Shown in pieces: positions 43,945 through 56,685 of a DNA stretch of 64,000 nt. A program made the translations under genes and the position numbers. The DNA lies in assembly GCA_002269645.1 (NCBI GenBank), contig NIVC01002002.1, positions 1 to 64,000 on the forward strand. Reading direction: 5' to 3'. Every line of letters starts with the position of its first letter. The stretch's first letter is position 1. This DNA is from Macrostomum lignano (taxonomy: Eukaryota). The notes under the pieces were generated by a model. The model did no database searches, was not told the origin of the DNA, and worked only from the letters and a program-made list of their open reading frames with translations.

Positions 43945-45480
43945 AGTCAGGCTCCGTCAACAAGGGTCAGGCTGCGTCAATGAGGGTCAAAATCCGTCAA
44001 TGAGGGTCAGACCTTGTCAATAAGGGTCAGCCAAACATCATTGTGGGTCAGACTCCATCAACAAGAGTCAGGCTCCGTCATTGTGGGTCAGGCTCCATCA
44101 ACAAGGGTCAGGCTCCATCAACAAGGGTCAGGCTTTATCAACAAGGGTCAGGCTTCATCAACAAGGGCCAGGCTCCGTCATTGTGGGTCAGGCTCCATAA
44201 ACAAGGGTCAGCCTATATCAACAAGGGTCAGGCAACATCAACAAGGGTCAGGCTCCATCATTGTGGGTCAGGCTCCATCAACAAGGGTCAGGCTCCGTCA
44301 ACAAGGGTCAGGCTCCATCATTGTGGGTCAGCCTACATCAACAAGGGTCAGGCTCCGTCAACAAGGGTCAGGCTTCATCAACAAGGGTCAGGCTCCATCA
44401 ACAAATGTCAGGCTTTGTCAATGAGGGTCAGACTTTGTCAATTGGGGTCAGGCTCCGTCAACAAGGGTCAGGCTCCATCAACAAGGACCAGGCTCCGTCA
44501 TTGTGGGTCAGGCTACATCAACAAGGGTCAGCCTATATCAACAAGGGTCAGGCTTCATCAACAAGGGCCAGGCTCCGTCATTGTGGGTCAGGCTCCATCA
44601 ACAAGGGTCAGGCTCTGTCAACAAGGGTCAGGCTTCATCAACAAGGGTCAGCCTATATCAACAAAGGTCAGGCTCCATCAACAAGGGTCAGGCTCCGTCA
44701 ACAAGGGTCAGGCTTCATCAACAAGGGCCAGGCTCCGTCATTGTGGGTCAGGCTCCATCAACAAGGGTCAGGCTCCGTCAACAAGGGTCAGGCTTCATCA
44801 ACAAGGGCCAGGCTCCGTCATTGTGGGTCAGGCTCCATCAACAAGGGTCAGGCTCCGTCAACAAGGGTCAGGCTTCATCAACAAGGGCCAGGCTCCGTCA
44901 TTGTGGGTCAGGCTCCATCAACAAGGGTCAGGCTCCGTCAACAAGGGTCAGGCTTCATCAACAAGGGTCAGGCTCCATCAACAAGCGTCAGGCTCCGTCA
45001 ACAAGGGTCAGGCTTCATCAACAAGGGTCAGCCTATATCAACAAAGGTCAGGCTCCATCAACAAGGGTCAGGCTCCGTCAACAAGGGTCAGGCTTCATCA
45101 ACAAGGGCCAGGCTCCGTCATTGTGGGTCAGGCTCCATCAACAAGGGTCAGGCTCCGTCAACAAGGGTCAGGCTTCATCAACAAGGGCCAGGCTCCGTCA
45201 TTGTGGGTCAGGCTCCATCAACAAGGGTCAGGCTCCGTCAACAAGGGTCAGGCTTCATCAACAAGGGTCAGGCTCCATCAACAAGCGTCAGGCTCCGTCA
45301 ACAAGGGTCAGGCTTCATCAACAAGGGTCAGGCTCCATCATTGTGGGTCAGGCTTCATCATTGTGGGTCAGGCTCCATCAAAAAGGGTCAGGCTCCGTCA
45401 ACAGGGGTCAGGCTCCGTCAACAGGGGTCAGGCTCCGTCAACAAGGGTCAGGCTCCGTCAACAAGGGTCAGGTTCCGCCA
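43945..45480. repeat. 20-bp minisatellite (CAACAAGGGTCAGGCTCCRT)
   Basis: Direct inspection. Source of the 400+ aa QQGSG ORFs. Confidence 0.97.
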
Positions 45481-45498
45481 TTGAGGGCTCGAAGTGAG

Positions 45499-48400
45499 TC
45501 AAACGGAATTTTGAATTCCGTCGAACTCGGCAGATTCGGCTTCAACCTCGTCGCCATCGGATTCGAGCAGCCTCAGCTGCCGGCGACGCTGCATCAGGTT
45601 GAGCTCGGTCTCGCATTCGCAGCTGGCGGCAGCCGGGGCGGCTGCTGCTGCCGCTGCGGCTGCCGCAGTCGCGACGGCCTTCACCTTGGCCCGTCCGTGG
45701 CGCAGCTCGGCGTACCTGGCAGCGTCGACGGCCGGCACACAGGGCAGCCAGCGGAAGGCCCACTGGAAGCCGAGCCGAAAGCTGCGGGTTTGCCAGGAGT
45801 CCCGCTTACTGCCTGAGCCTGTCCTCTCTCCTGTCCTCTCTCCTGTCCTCTCTCCTGTCCTCTCTCCTGTCCTCTCTCCTGTCCTCTCTCCTGTCCTCTC
45901 TCCTGTCCTCTCTCCTGTCCTCTCTCCTGTCCTCTCTCCTGTCCTCTCTCCTGTCCTCTCTCCTGTCCTCTCTCCTGTCGTCTCTCCTGTCCTCTCTCCT
46001 GTCCTCTCTCCTGTCCTCTCTCCTGTCCTCTCTCCTGTCCTCTCTCCTGTCCTCTCTCCTGTCCTCTCTCCTGTCCTATCTCCTGTCCTCTCTCCTGTCC
46101 TCTCTCCTGTCCTCTCTCCTGTCCTCTCTCCTGTCCTCTCTCCTGTCCTCTCTCCTGTCCTCTCTCCTGTCCTCTCTCCTGTCCTCTCTCCTGTCCTCTC
46201 TCCTGTCCTCTCTCCTGTCCTCTCTCCCGTCCTCTCTCCTGTCCTCTCTCCTGTCCTCTCTCCCTTCTCCTGTCTTCTCTCGTCTCTCGCCTCTCCTGTC
46301 TTTTCTCTCATTTCGTGTCCTCTCCCTCTCTCCTCTTTCCTCTCCCAGTGCATCCAGCATCCCTTCTCACTTTCTATTCATGCTGCAGTAGATTATGGGG
46401 TTGGACACTGTGCTGCAGACGGCCAGAAAGTACACGGCAACGAATAGTTCGGCTGAGAACAGGTGCATGACGAAGAAGCTCAGCTGGTAGGGCAGCCAGC
46501 ACAGCGCAAAGATTGTCACCACGGTGATCATCATGAGCACCACCTACGTTGGATTATTGGTTTACCGGTGAGCTACCGCGCTGAGCACTGAGTCCGTGGC
46601 AACGGTTGCTATGTATTTATCAGTTTATCAGTCAAGAAAATCTCAACTCCTAAAATCTCATCTCCCAAAATCTCATCTCATCTCCCAAAATCTCATCTCA
46701 TCTCCCAAAATCTCAACTTCCGAAATCGCAACTTCCATAATCTCATCTCCCAAAATCTCAACTCCCAAAATCCCAACTCCCAAAATCCCAACTCCCAAAA
46801 TCCCAACTCCCAAAATCCCAACTCCCAAAATCCCAACTCCCAAAATCCCAACTCCCAAAATCCCAACTCCCAAAATCCCAACTCCCAAAATCCCAACTCC
46901 CAAAATCCCAACTCCCAAAATCCCAACTCCCAAAATCCCAACTCCCGAAATTCCAACTCCCAAAATCTCAACTCCCAAAATCCCAACTTCCAAAACCCCA
47001 ACACTCATATCCCAATTTTCCCACTTGCCTTTCTCTTGGCCCTGACCGATTCCTCTTGGCCCTGCGGCCGCTCCCCGATAGGTCGGTGACGCCACAGCTT
47101 CGCCCCGATGTTGACGTAGAGGCAGCAGACCACCACCAGGGGCATGAGGTACTGCAGGGTGAACAGCAGCGGGTTCAGCCTGGATGGCAATTGAGTGAAA
47201 ATGTGAAAGTTTAAATTTGTTGTTGTAGATTTTGAATTTTACATTTGTCTGCTTTTGAGTCAGCCGTCTTGGTGTATGAAATATAGTGGCAGAATTCATC
47301 TGTTGCTTCACATCCGCATAGCAACAGCAACAATTCAGTCACATCCGCATAGCAACAGTAACAATTTAATTACATCCGCATAGCAACAATAACAATCCAG
47401 TGACATCCACATAGCAACAGGTCGAAATTGAGCAGAGTGCTCAGCGAACAAGCGAAGTTCTCACACGTCGTTGAACCCCTTCTCAATCTGGCAGGTCTGC
47501 GTGCCATTCAGTTCAACAATTTTGCTGGACGCGGCCGACGGAGCAGCGCTGAGGATGCTGAACAACCAGATGAAGATGACGCTGCACAGGATGGAGATTC
47601 GCTTTGGCCTCGGCCGCAGGGGATGCACGATGACCAGGTACCTGGCGGAATGAGGAGGTAAATGCAAAGGAATGTAAAAGGGGTGTAAAGAGGGTGTGGG
47701 TAGGCGGAGAAAGAGGGTCAGAGAGAGGAGAAAAAGGATGGGAGAGGGGAGGAAAGAGGGTGGGAGAGGGGAGGAAAGAGGGCGGGAGAGGGGAGGAAAG
47801 AGGGCGGGAGAGGGGAGGAAGAGGGTGGGAGAGGGGAGGAAAGATGGTGGGAGAGGGGAGGAAAGAGGGCGGGAGAGGGGAGGAAAGAGGGTGGGAGAGG
47901 GGAGGAAAGATGGTGGGAGAGGGGAGGAAAGAGGGCGGGAGAGGGGAGGAAAGAGGGTGGGAGAGGGGAGGAAAGAGGGCGGGAGAGGGGAGGAAAGAGG
48001 GTGGGAGAGGGGAGGAAAGAGGGTGGGAGAGGGGAGGAAAGAGGGTGGGAGAGGGGAGGAAAGAGGGTGGGAGAGGGGAGGAAAGAGGGCGGGAGAGGGG
48101 AGGAAAGAGGGTGGGAGAGGGGAGGAAAGAGGGTGGGAGAGGGGAGGAAAGAGGGTGGGAGAGGGGCGATTGTGAAAAATGGTGGTTAAATGCTCATGTG
48201 AGGTTTGCTCTGAAAGTTTCCGGATGCAGCAAGATGGCTTGTTTTAGGGTTCAGATATTTTATTTGTTGGTATAAAAATATGTTCTGAGTTTGTACCTCC
48301 AATTTTAGCCATAGACGGGTTTGCTGCCTTGAGCTATTTATTATTTTTCGATCGTACCCCCACCCAGGAACACGCAGCAGCCACGGAACTCTCTCGTGAG

Positions 48401-49905
48401 CATTTCAGAGCCATGATTTATTGACTGCAAAATGGATTTATCACCCCAAGAATCACTAAATCGGCTTCAAAGCTGTTTTCAAGACTCTGCACCATCGCAC
48501 CAACAGTTTTTGACTGGTATGCGGAATTCAGACGCGGTCGGCAGCACCTCCAAGATGAGCCTCGTTGTGGCAGGCCTGCAACCGCAGTTACCCAGCAAAA
48601 CATTAATGAGGCAGAGCGGCTATCTTAGAGGATCCTCGAATCACCTACCGCCAGCTCGAGGCAAGCCTGGAGATGGATCAGGGGCACTTAATGAGATCCT
48701 GCACCAACACCTTCGAGTGCAAAAGAGGAGTGCCCGGTGGATCCCCCACTGCCTCACTGCTGACCAGAAGACTGCCAGGGTGGAGTGGTGCCGGTTCATG
48801 CTCACCAAATTCAACAGTGGACACCAGCGGTCTGTTTTTGACATTCTAACAGGTGATGAAACATGGATTTACAATTTCGACCCCGAGACAAAGCGTCAAT
48901 CATCGCAGTGCAGTGCTTTCCCGATGAGGATGCCCCTCAGAAGGCCATCCGATCCAGGAGTTCAGGAAAGAAGATGGTCGCAGCATTCTTTAGCTGCTCG
49001 GGCTATGTGGCCATAGTAGCGCTCCTGGGTCAGCAGACGGTGACAGCACATTGGTGCACCAACGTCTGTGTACCAACAGTCCTCAACGCATGGGCCGAAC
49101 CACGTCCTGGAACTAGAGTCCGTGGTCTTCTGTGGCACCATGACAACGCCCGGCACACACGGCTGCTTTGACTGTTGACTTCTTGACCGATTCTTGAGTA
49201 CAATTGCTAACACACCCAGCCTACTCACCAGACCTGGCCCCGTGTGACTTTTTTTGTTCCTCGAAAGTCAAGAGTCTGCTGAAGGGGCGTCGATTTTCAT
49301 CCAGTGAGGAGGCTTTTCAAGCGTACCACGATGGCGTGGTAACCATAGGACAAAGTGAATGGTCCCTATGCTTCACCAACAGGTTTCAGATAATGAAGAA
49401 TCGGTGCATGCAAGTTGCTGGAGAGTACTTTGAAAAGTTGTAACTAAGTTTCACTTTGTTAACTGGGTTCATTGTTACGTATCCGGAAACTTTCAGAGCA
49501 CCCCTCGTTTATCCCCGAGAAGGGCATCACCTAGAAAAATATTCATAATCGATCAGCGCCTGCATCAGTTCGTAAAAATCACCTTTCAATAGCAATGGCC
49601 ATGAAGATGAAGACGCACAGCGATATGGAGAATGTGGTCATAAAGTTGGACAGGGCGCAGTAATAATAGCCGAAGCTCCAGCCGTTTCCCACTGCGTTGG
49701 CCACGTTGGGCACCACCTGCAGCAGGTTGAAGAGCAGGTCGGACAGGCTCAGGCTGAGCAGGAAGATGTTCGTGCTGCTGCGCATCGTGCTGTGCGCTAG
49801 GATGATCCACACCACCAGCGAGTTGCCCAACAGGGAGGCAAACATCACGCCTGCGAAAGCGGTCCACACGCAGGCCTTGGCGGCCGGACTGAATGGTGAC
49901 GTCAT
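45499..49905 (-). CDS. Tachykinin-receptor-like GPCR, 5 exons, about 368 aa (an extra N-terminal exon is possible)
   Basis: Exons 49905-49583, 47641-47465, 47179-47029, 46543-46371, 45781-45499 join in frame (1107 nt). Motifs: GN, LSLSD, ER|[23 protein letters not shown]|VVLMM, CWLPY, NPIIY, FRLGF. Confidence 0.92.
45814..46262. repeat. 12-bp repeat (TCCTCTCTCCTG) filling receptor intron 4
   Basis: Direct inspection. Confidence 0.96.
46640..47005. repeat. 15-bp repeat (CCCAAAATCCCAACT) filling receptor intron 3
   Basis: Direct inspection. Confidence 0.95.
47308..47420. repeat. About 31-bp short repeat (ACATCCGCATAGCAACAG...) in receptor intron 2
   Basis: Four diverged units. Confidence 0.8.
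47735..48166. repeat. 22-bp purine repeat (GGAGAGGGGAGGAAAGAGGGTG) in receptor intron 1
   Basis: Direct inspection. Confidence 0.95.
48199..49507 (+). mobile_element. Full-length decayed mariner (Tc1/mariner, D34D, irritans/Hsmar2-like) in receptor intron 1
   Basis: TIRs of about 27 bp (48199-48225 and 49481-49507, shared GCTCTGAAAGTTTCCGGAT), length 1309 bp. Transposase motifs: [12 protein letters not shown] after a mutated start (ACG at 48383), [28 protein letters not shown]. Contains frameshifts and stops. Confidence 0.95.
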
Positions 49906-50029
49906 CTGGTTTCTGTGGTGGATGTAGAGAAGGGTTGTTAAAGCGTAGCTCTGTGGTTATTGTACGATTGTTGCGCGATAATCTGCGCATGGATTTGCGC
50001 GCCTGCGCAATATCTCTGCGAAATAACCA

Positions 50030-50340
50030 GAAAGTGCGGACCCGGAAGTGCGTACCCGGAAGTGCGGACCCGGGAGTGCGTACCCGGGAGTGCGTACCCG
50101 GAAGTGCGGACCCGGGAGTGCGTACCCGGAAGTGCGGACCCGGAAGTGCGGACCCGGAAGTGCGGACCCGGAAGTGCGGACCCGGAAGTGCGGACCCGGA
50201 AGTGCGGACCCGGAAGTGCGGACCCGGGAGTGCGTACCCGGAAGTGCGGACCCGGAAGTGCGGACCCGGAAGTGCGGACCCGGAAGTGCGGACCCGGAAG
50301 TGCGGACCCGGGAGTGCGGACCCGGAAGTGCGGACCGGAA
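50030..50340. repeat. 14-bp repeat (CCCGGAAGTGCGGA) containing the ETS consensus CCGGAAGT
   Basis: About 22 units, 125-435 bp upstream of the first confident receptor exon. Confidence 0.95.
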
Positions 50341-50989
50341 ACCAAGAGAATGCCCATCGCACGCGGGTCTCCCGCTGCTATCTGTTTGATCAAATCTTAT
50401 CGTCGGATTATCGGGCCTAATTCCTTTCAGGAGATTAGCATTTTCGGCGCTTATAAACATCAAAGGGATTACAATTTCTCAATGCCCGCTTCTCTGCGTA
50501 GTTTCCCCCGTGCTTCTCCTACGAGGCATCGCTCTGTTTCCCTGGGAGAGGCCGACCGCCCCAACCAGGACATTCGAGTCTCGTGGGATAAATAATTTCG
50601 AATTTCAGTGGGATCACAAAATCTTCCTAAATAGACGGAGCGAAAAGGCTCCGGGGGGAGAAGAATTTGTGGAAATTTCCAGAATGCATCATCACGACAC
50701 TAAGCAGTCATTTCAGACTCTTCTGTGCGCTTGTTTTGATGTTTTTTCATGCTTCGCCGGACTCGGAGAAGACGGAGGAAATTTTTGGCACACGAGATGT
50801 CGAGTGAAACTTTGAGACTATGAGAAAAATATGCGGCACGATGGACATAAATGAATGCCACCATAGAGTGCTAGGCAGAGGATCTGGAGCGGCCGCTGGC
50901 ATGCTTGTTCGCTTCTGCCATGGAGAACTCTGACATTTGCACCATGGACAATTAAAGTACAAGGACACTGTGCTTTGTTTATTACCAGA

Positions 50990-51283
50990 GAGGCTGTAGC
51001 CTAGTGGTTAGAGCGTCGGACTAACGACTGAAAGGTCGGGAGTTCGAGTCTCGACCCACTCGGGAACAATTTGTGTCCTTGAGCAAGACACTTAACTCTG
51101 CATAGCTTCAGTTCACCCAGCTGTAAAATGGGTGCCAGCATTAGCTGGGGTAATTGAGGGTGTGTGTGGCGACCCCCCCCCCAGTCCTTGGACTGAACAG
51201 CCGTACTCAGCCTTCAGATGCGCCGCGCAATAGCTGCGGCTGAGCTGTCGGTTGCACATCTGCCTATTAGATATTATTATTAA
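50990..51283 (+). mobile_element. tRNA-derived SINE with a CORE (MIR-like) domain
   Basis: Pol III A box TAGCCTAGTGG (50997) and B box GTTCGAGTC. 51071-51133 resembles the MIR core (TGTGACCTTGGGCAAGTTACTTAACC...CTGTAAAATGGG). Ends in a (TTA)n-like tail. Confidence 0.85.
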
Positions 51284-51832
51284 CTACTAGATTTTTCTCA
51301 TTTTCTACACCGAGTTTTGTCTATGGTAAAACACCACTCGTACAGTACGTCGAGCTTGGGAGAAAGTCAAAAAGGTGAGCTACTCGTACAGTGTTAAAGA
51401 AAAACTCAAAACAAATCATCTTCATTTTTCACAGCGAAGACAGGCCTCCGGCAAATCTTGTCCGTAATTTGCACAGGATTAAGGCGCCAGCGACATCAAC
51501 ACAACAAGAGAATTTCGAGCGCTGTTTCATTAAGGGGTGTGCAGGAAATTGGCTACTCTCACCGACCCAGTTGCTGGGCGGCTGGCTGATTGACAAGCTA
51601 GCAGCTGGAGAGTTAGCTCGAACTGGGGCCGCCACTACATCGCTACTTTCTTTGAGTCTCCCCCCTCCCCGCCTTTGCGTCAGGTCAGGTAGCGCCGTCG
51701 CAGAGATTCTTTCCTTCCTAAGTGTTTTCATTAACCGATTCACCGGCATCTTTATAGGAGTCCGCTACAGTCCCCACCAGTGTCACTGCAGTTCGGCAAT
51801 AGCAAAACATTGCAGAGTATTGATACACTTAC

Positions 51833-51976
51833 CTGACTGAAAGTGACTCTCTGCGTAACAAAAATATTGTCGTCAAGCTTTGAAAAGATTTCCGAACAAC
51901 CTTCAGAAGGTTTCTTAATGACTTTCAGTGGCCTGTTGTTCTCCCTAGACCGGTCTTTTCCCCATTTTTTTATCAT
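51833..51976 (-). CDS. Candidate upstream (N-terminal) exon of the tachykinin-like receptor
   Basis: ATG at 51976, 48 open codons, perfect CAG|GTAAGT donor in phase 0, compatible with the ccag|ATG acceptor at 49905. Confidence 0.3.
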
Positions 51977-52325
51977 GGAATCCTCGGCATCCAATCGGGA
52001 TGAAATTTCTAAGAAAACTTTCCATTTCCTCCGCGGCTTGAAGGCTGTCCAATGGTTGAAACGGTTAAGTCAATTCTGAGCAGCCCCTCCCACCCGCCTC
52101 TCACCCGGTTGTCAGGCGGAATTAACCCCGCCTTGAGCAATAATATTCCACAGCGGCTCGCATCTCTGGCATCATTGAGGATCCCGAAGGGAATTCAGCG
52201 GCCTGCCCTTGCTGGCACTTGGACTCCTCAGCTCAGATCGAAGTTGACGTTCCTTAGCACGTTATAATGACCGGGAGAAAATAATATGGCAAATAATACC
52301 AAGATATAGCCATCAATTCCTGCGG

Positions 52326-52816
<491 letters not shown>

Positions 52817-55298
52817 TAGTTACGGCGGGCAGATTGGATGGACATAGAATGTCCTTTAATGAGCGTGAGCGAGAATAGGCAGCCACCGTATCCAGCTCTG
52901 CAGCGTGGTTCGAAATGGCCGTGCGAATTTGATGAACAATTCGCCCAGAGTGGTCCGTGAAAGGGATCACTATTGGGATGCAGGCGTCTTTTTCAGTGAT
53001 GACGGTGTTTAAGCCTGCTGGAATCTGGGTCTGTAGTAAAGCGATGAGCTTCTGCTCCATATTCCTCCGCCTGTGTTGAGCGCCCTCTTTAGTGGCCAGG
53101 CACTCAGTACTGAGGTACCACAGACCCATAAAGCGGAGGTCCTGAATACTGTGGTTTGGTGACCGAAAGTGCCTGGAGATTGGGGTGTCCTTAGCCAGTC
53201 TGATGTCGCTCAGATTAGCCTGAAGTCTGACTTTAAGAGCGCCTCCAGTCTCACACGTATATACAGCGGTCATTGCAAGTCTTGCACAGAATGACATACA
53301 CCACATTCCTGGAGTCACAGCGGACTTTTTGACAAATTTTGTAAATCATTTTTGTAGCGCTGGACCCTAAACAGACTTGGCCAAAATTCCCGTGCTCTCT
53401 ACAAGGACGGCAGTTTAGATTGCCACAATCCTGGAAGCCGAACTCCTACTGACCATCAATGTAGAAGCCCAGCTGGATGAGAGCAGATTTCTTGGCATCC
53501 CTGATTAAGCGGACAGAATATCCTTGATTCTTCAGGATGCTTGCTAAGCTCCTGCTGGCCTCATCAAAGTCTGCTTTAAATGTGCAACGGCGAGCGTAAC
53601 GGAGGAACTGAGATTTCAGTATACCTTTGAATGTGTGCTTTGGGTGAAAAGATCCCGGATGTAAGAGCTGGCGCGAATCGGTGGGTTTGAAGTAGATTGA
53701 ATTGTGTCCAGTCTCTTGTTGTTGCCTGCATCAGCCAGACTGACACAGCAGTCCAGGAAGTGAATCTTCTCTCTGCTGTATTGCATCGTGAGTCGGATGT
53801 TGCAATCGAACTCATTCAGATGCTTGTGCATCTCCTTTAGTTCGTCTTCAGTGCCGACGAAGACCATAAAAATGTCGTCAATGTAGCGCTTGAAGAAACG
53901 AGGGGTAGACGGAGCAGTTTCTAAAGCTTTGGATTCCCAGGCAGACATGAATATGTTGGCGTAGGATGGCGCAAAGGCCTTTCCCATGCTTGTGTCTTTG
54001 ACTTGAAGGTAGCGCGTGTCGTTGAAAACAAAATCATTTTTGTTCAAGTTAATGTCCAGGAGCGCAAGAAGATGGTTATCTGGCCTTGAGGTTTGGGGAA
54101 ATGTTTGAAAGGCATCTCTAATGGCGTCCATCCCCTTATCAGTGGGAATATTGGTGTACAGGGATTCAACATCCATTGTAACCAGAAAGACATTTTCGTC
54201 TTTTTCAAAAATCAAATCATTAATAGCCGCTTGAAAGTGGTCCGTGTCTCGGATGAAGGAGTCTTGTTCCTTAGCGATCGGCTGTAGAAAGAGATCGATA
54301 AATTTGGCGCTCATGTAGCTTTCCGAGCTGCAGTCAGAGACAATGGGTCTCCCAGGAGGCACTCCAGGAGTAGGCCATTCTTCGGGATCCTTATGGATTC
54401 TTGGCAAAGGGTAAAAAATTCGATCTCTAGGAATAGTTGGTGGAATCAGTTGCGAGTATTGATGATTAGTAATTATCTTTTCTTCTTTAAGATCTTGAAA
54501 AATGGCTTTGAAAATGGCACTGGTCTGGGCGCTCATTGCAGTGTCAAGGGGTTGGTAGAAGGTCCTGTTGGAGAGCTGTCTGTTAGCTTCCAGTATGTAA
54601 TCAGTTCGATTCATAACGACCATATTGCTGCCCTTGTCGGCAGGTTTAACGACGATGCTGCTGTTGTCTCGAAGAGTCTTCAGTGCCATTCTCTGCTGCT
54701 CCTGAAGGTTTGGCTTGTTGTGTATGATTCTTGGAATTCTAATTCTGTCTAGGCTTTCAAAAAGGTCTCTGTGAGAGCGCCACTTGTCCAAGTTGATGTT
54801 GGGGATTGAACCTCGGCCAGTAAAAGGGGTGCGCGGAGTGAAAGCACACGTGCGACGCTGAAGCAGGGAGTTAAGCACTATTCTCTGCTTGAAAACCTTG
54901 ATGGAGTCAGAAAGGACACTGGACCCCATAATAATTGGGGCTGGCACAAATTTCTTCCCCATTCCTAAAATTTCGGTTTCGCAGTCAGAAAGACGATAAT
55001 CCGATAAGTTCAAAACTTGGTTGCTAGCCGCATTCCTAAAACCTACAAGTTTTTTTGCACTTTGCCGTAGACAATCCTGAAGACCTCCAAGGCCGATTGG
55101 TCAGATAGTGTGACCTTGTCTGACAGGAAGGTCAAACCCTGTCTGGGTAGTGAAATGTTCAAAGAATTCAGCGGCCTGCCCTTGCTGGCACTTGGACTCC
55201 TTAACTCAGATCGAAGTTGACGTTCCTTAGCACGTTATTATGACCGGGAGAAAATAATATGGCAAATAATACCAAGATATAGCCATCAATTCCTGCGG

Positions 55299-55475
<177 letters not shown>

Positions 55476-56685
55476 CTTCTCCATCAGTTTCACTGGAGGC
55501 CGGGTCGGTAATTGGTGGCAGCGGACCAATCAGCTGGGTGTCCTGAGGCCCTCATCGGCAGATGGCAGTCCCTGTCAATTTAGGCAGGCGAGAAACAGCT
55601 GAGGGCGAGTTGCTGGCGGGCAAAATTGCTTGATTGGAAACTCCGGTTGCCTTTAATCTACTGCGGCGTCATACGCAGTTGCTGAGGAGCATTTTGCTGC
55701 AAATGCTGCTTCCAAACCTCGGATTCGAGGCGCCCACTGAAGTGTCGCACAAACTCACATATTCCTGCCGAATATTGACAATTCCTGCTGCGTTCTCTTG
55801 CAGATCATGGACTCCAACCTTTACAGGGACCTTTAAAAACCGAAGCGCATGGATTTGGTCCTAAAAAAATTCTTTTCTCATCTCTTGTTCCGTCCGCTGG
55901 AGAAATTTTGAGCATGTCCGGTGGCAATCTGTTTGTACAGTTCTCGAGTATAGTTGGAGTAGAGCTCAGTGCTGCCAGAATTCCAATGAGAAGGTATTCG
56001 ATTTCTCAACAATTCTTCGCCCAATTCAATAGCAGAGTTCGTTAACAGTAGCTGGAGTCTGCGAGATCTCTGCCTGCCCAGGACAGAACGGGAGACAAAC
56101 AGACCGAAGAGAACTGCACTCAAGAAGAAATGATCTGCAATGGGTCCGGATCGGTCCGTGCCGTCCTCGTCAAACAGACTGAGACACAGGACCCGCCCGG
56201 AGCCAGTGGGAGACAGTTTGTAGATAGACCCATAGACCCTTTGTGCGAGGGCTCAGAATCAATCTGTAAAGTGCTTCGCTTGAAGCGAAAAGTACTTTTT
56301 GACACTTTTTTGTACAACTTTTATATTGGATTGCAATTGATCGAAGAGTTTTTGATTGCTTAGATACGAACCCGTAGTTCCGTTTTTAGCCAAGCCCTTG
56401 GTCTGCCATTAAGATTGAATTTCCCTGTTTTTCGGAATTGGGATCACAGGGCTCAAAGTTTGATGAGCTTGCAAGCTCAAACTTTTAGATTAAGCTGTCA
56501 ATTGCAGCCAATCGCAAAGAAGTCTTAACCTCTTCCTGACGAATTGAAAACAAGTCCTCTCAATTGTGACCGGGTGGCCTGCATCGCAGGCCATAGAAAA
56601 AATTCTCAATTTTGTGAACCTTCTGATCACATGATATTCCGTTTGCGTAGCAGTTATAGTAGTTATGATTATAAAGAGAGGGGAG

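Noticed and set aside
50990-51062. Functional tRNA gene
   Set aside because: Acceptor and anticodon stems pair poorly, there is no poly-T terminator, and the sequence continues into a CORE domain, so it is a SINE head.
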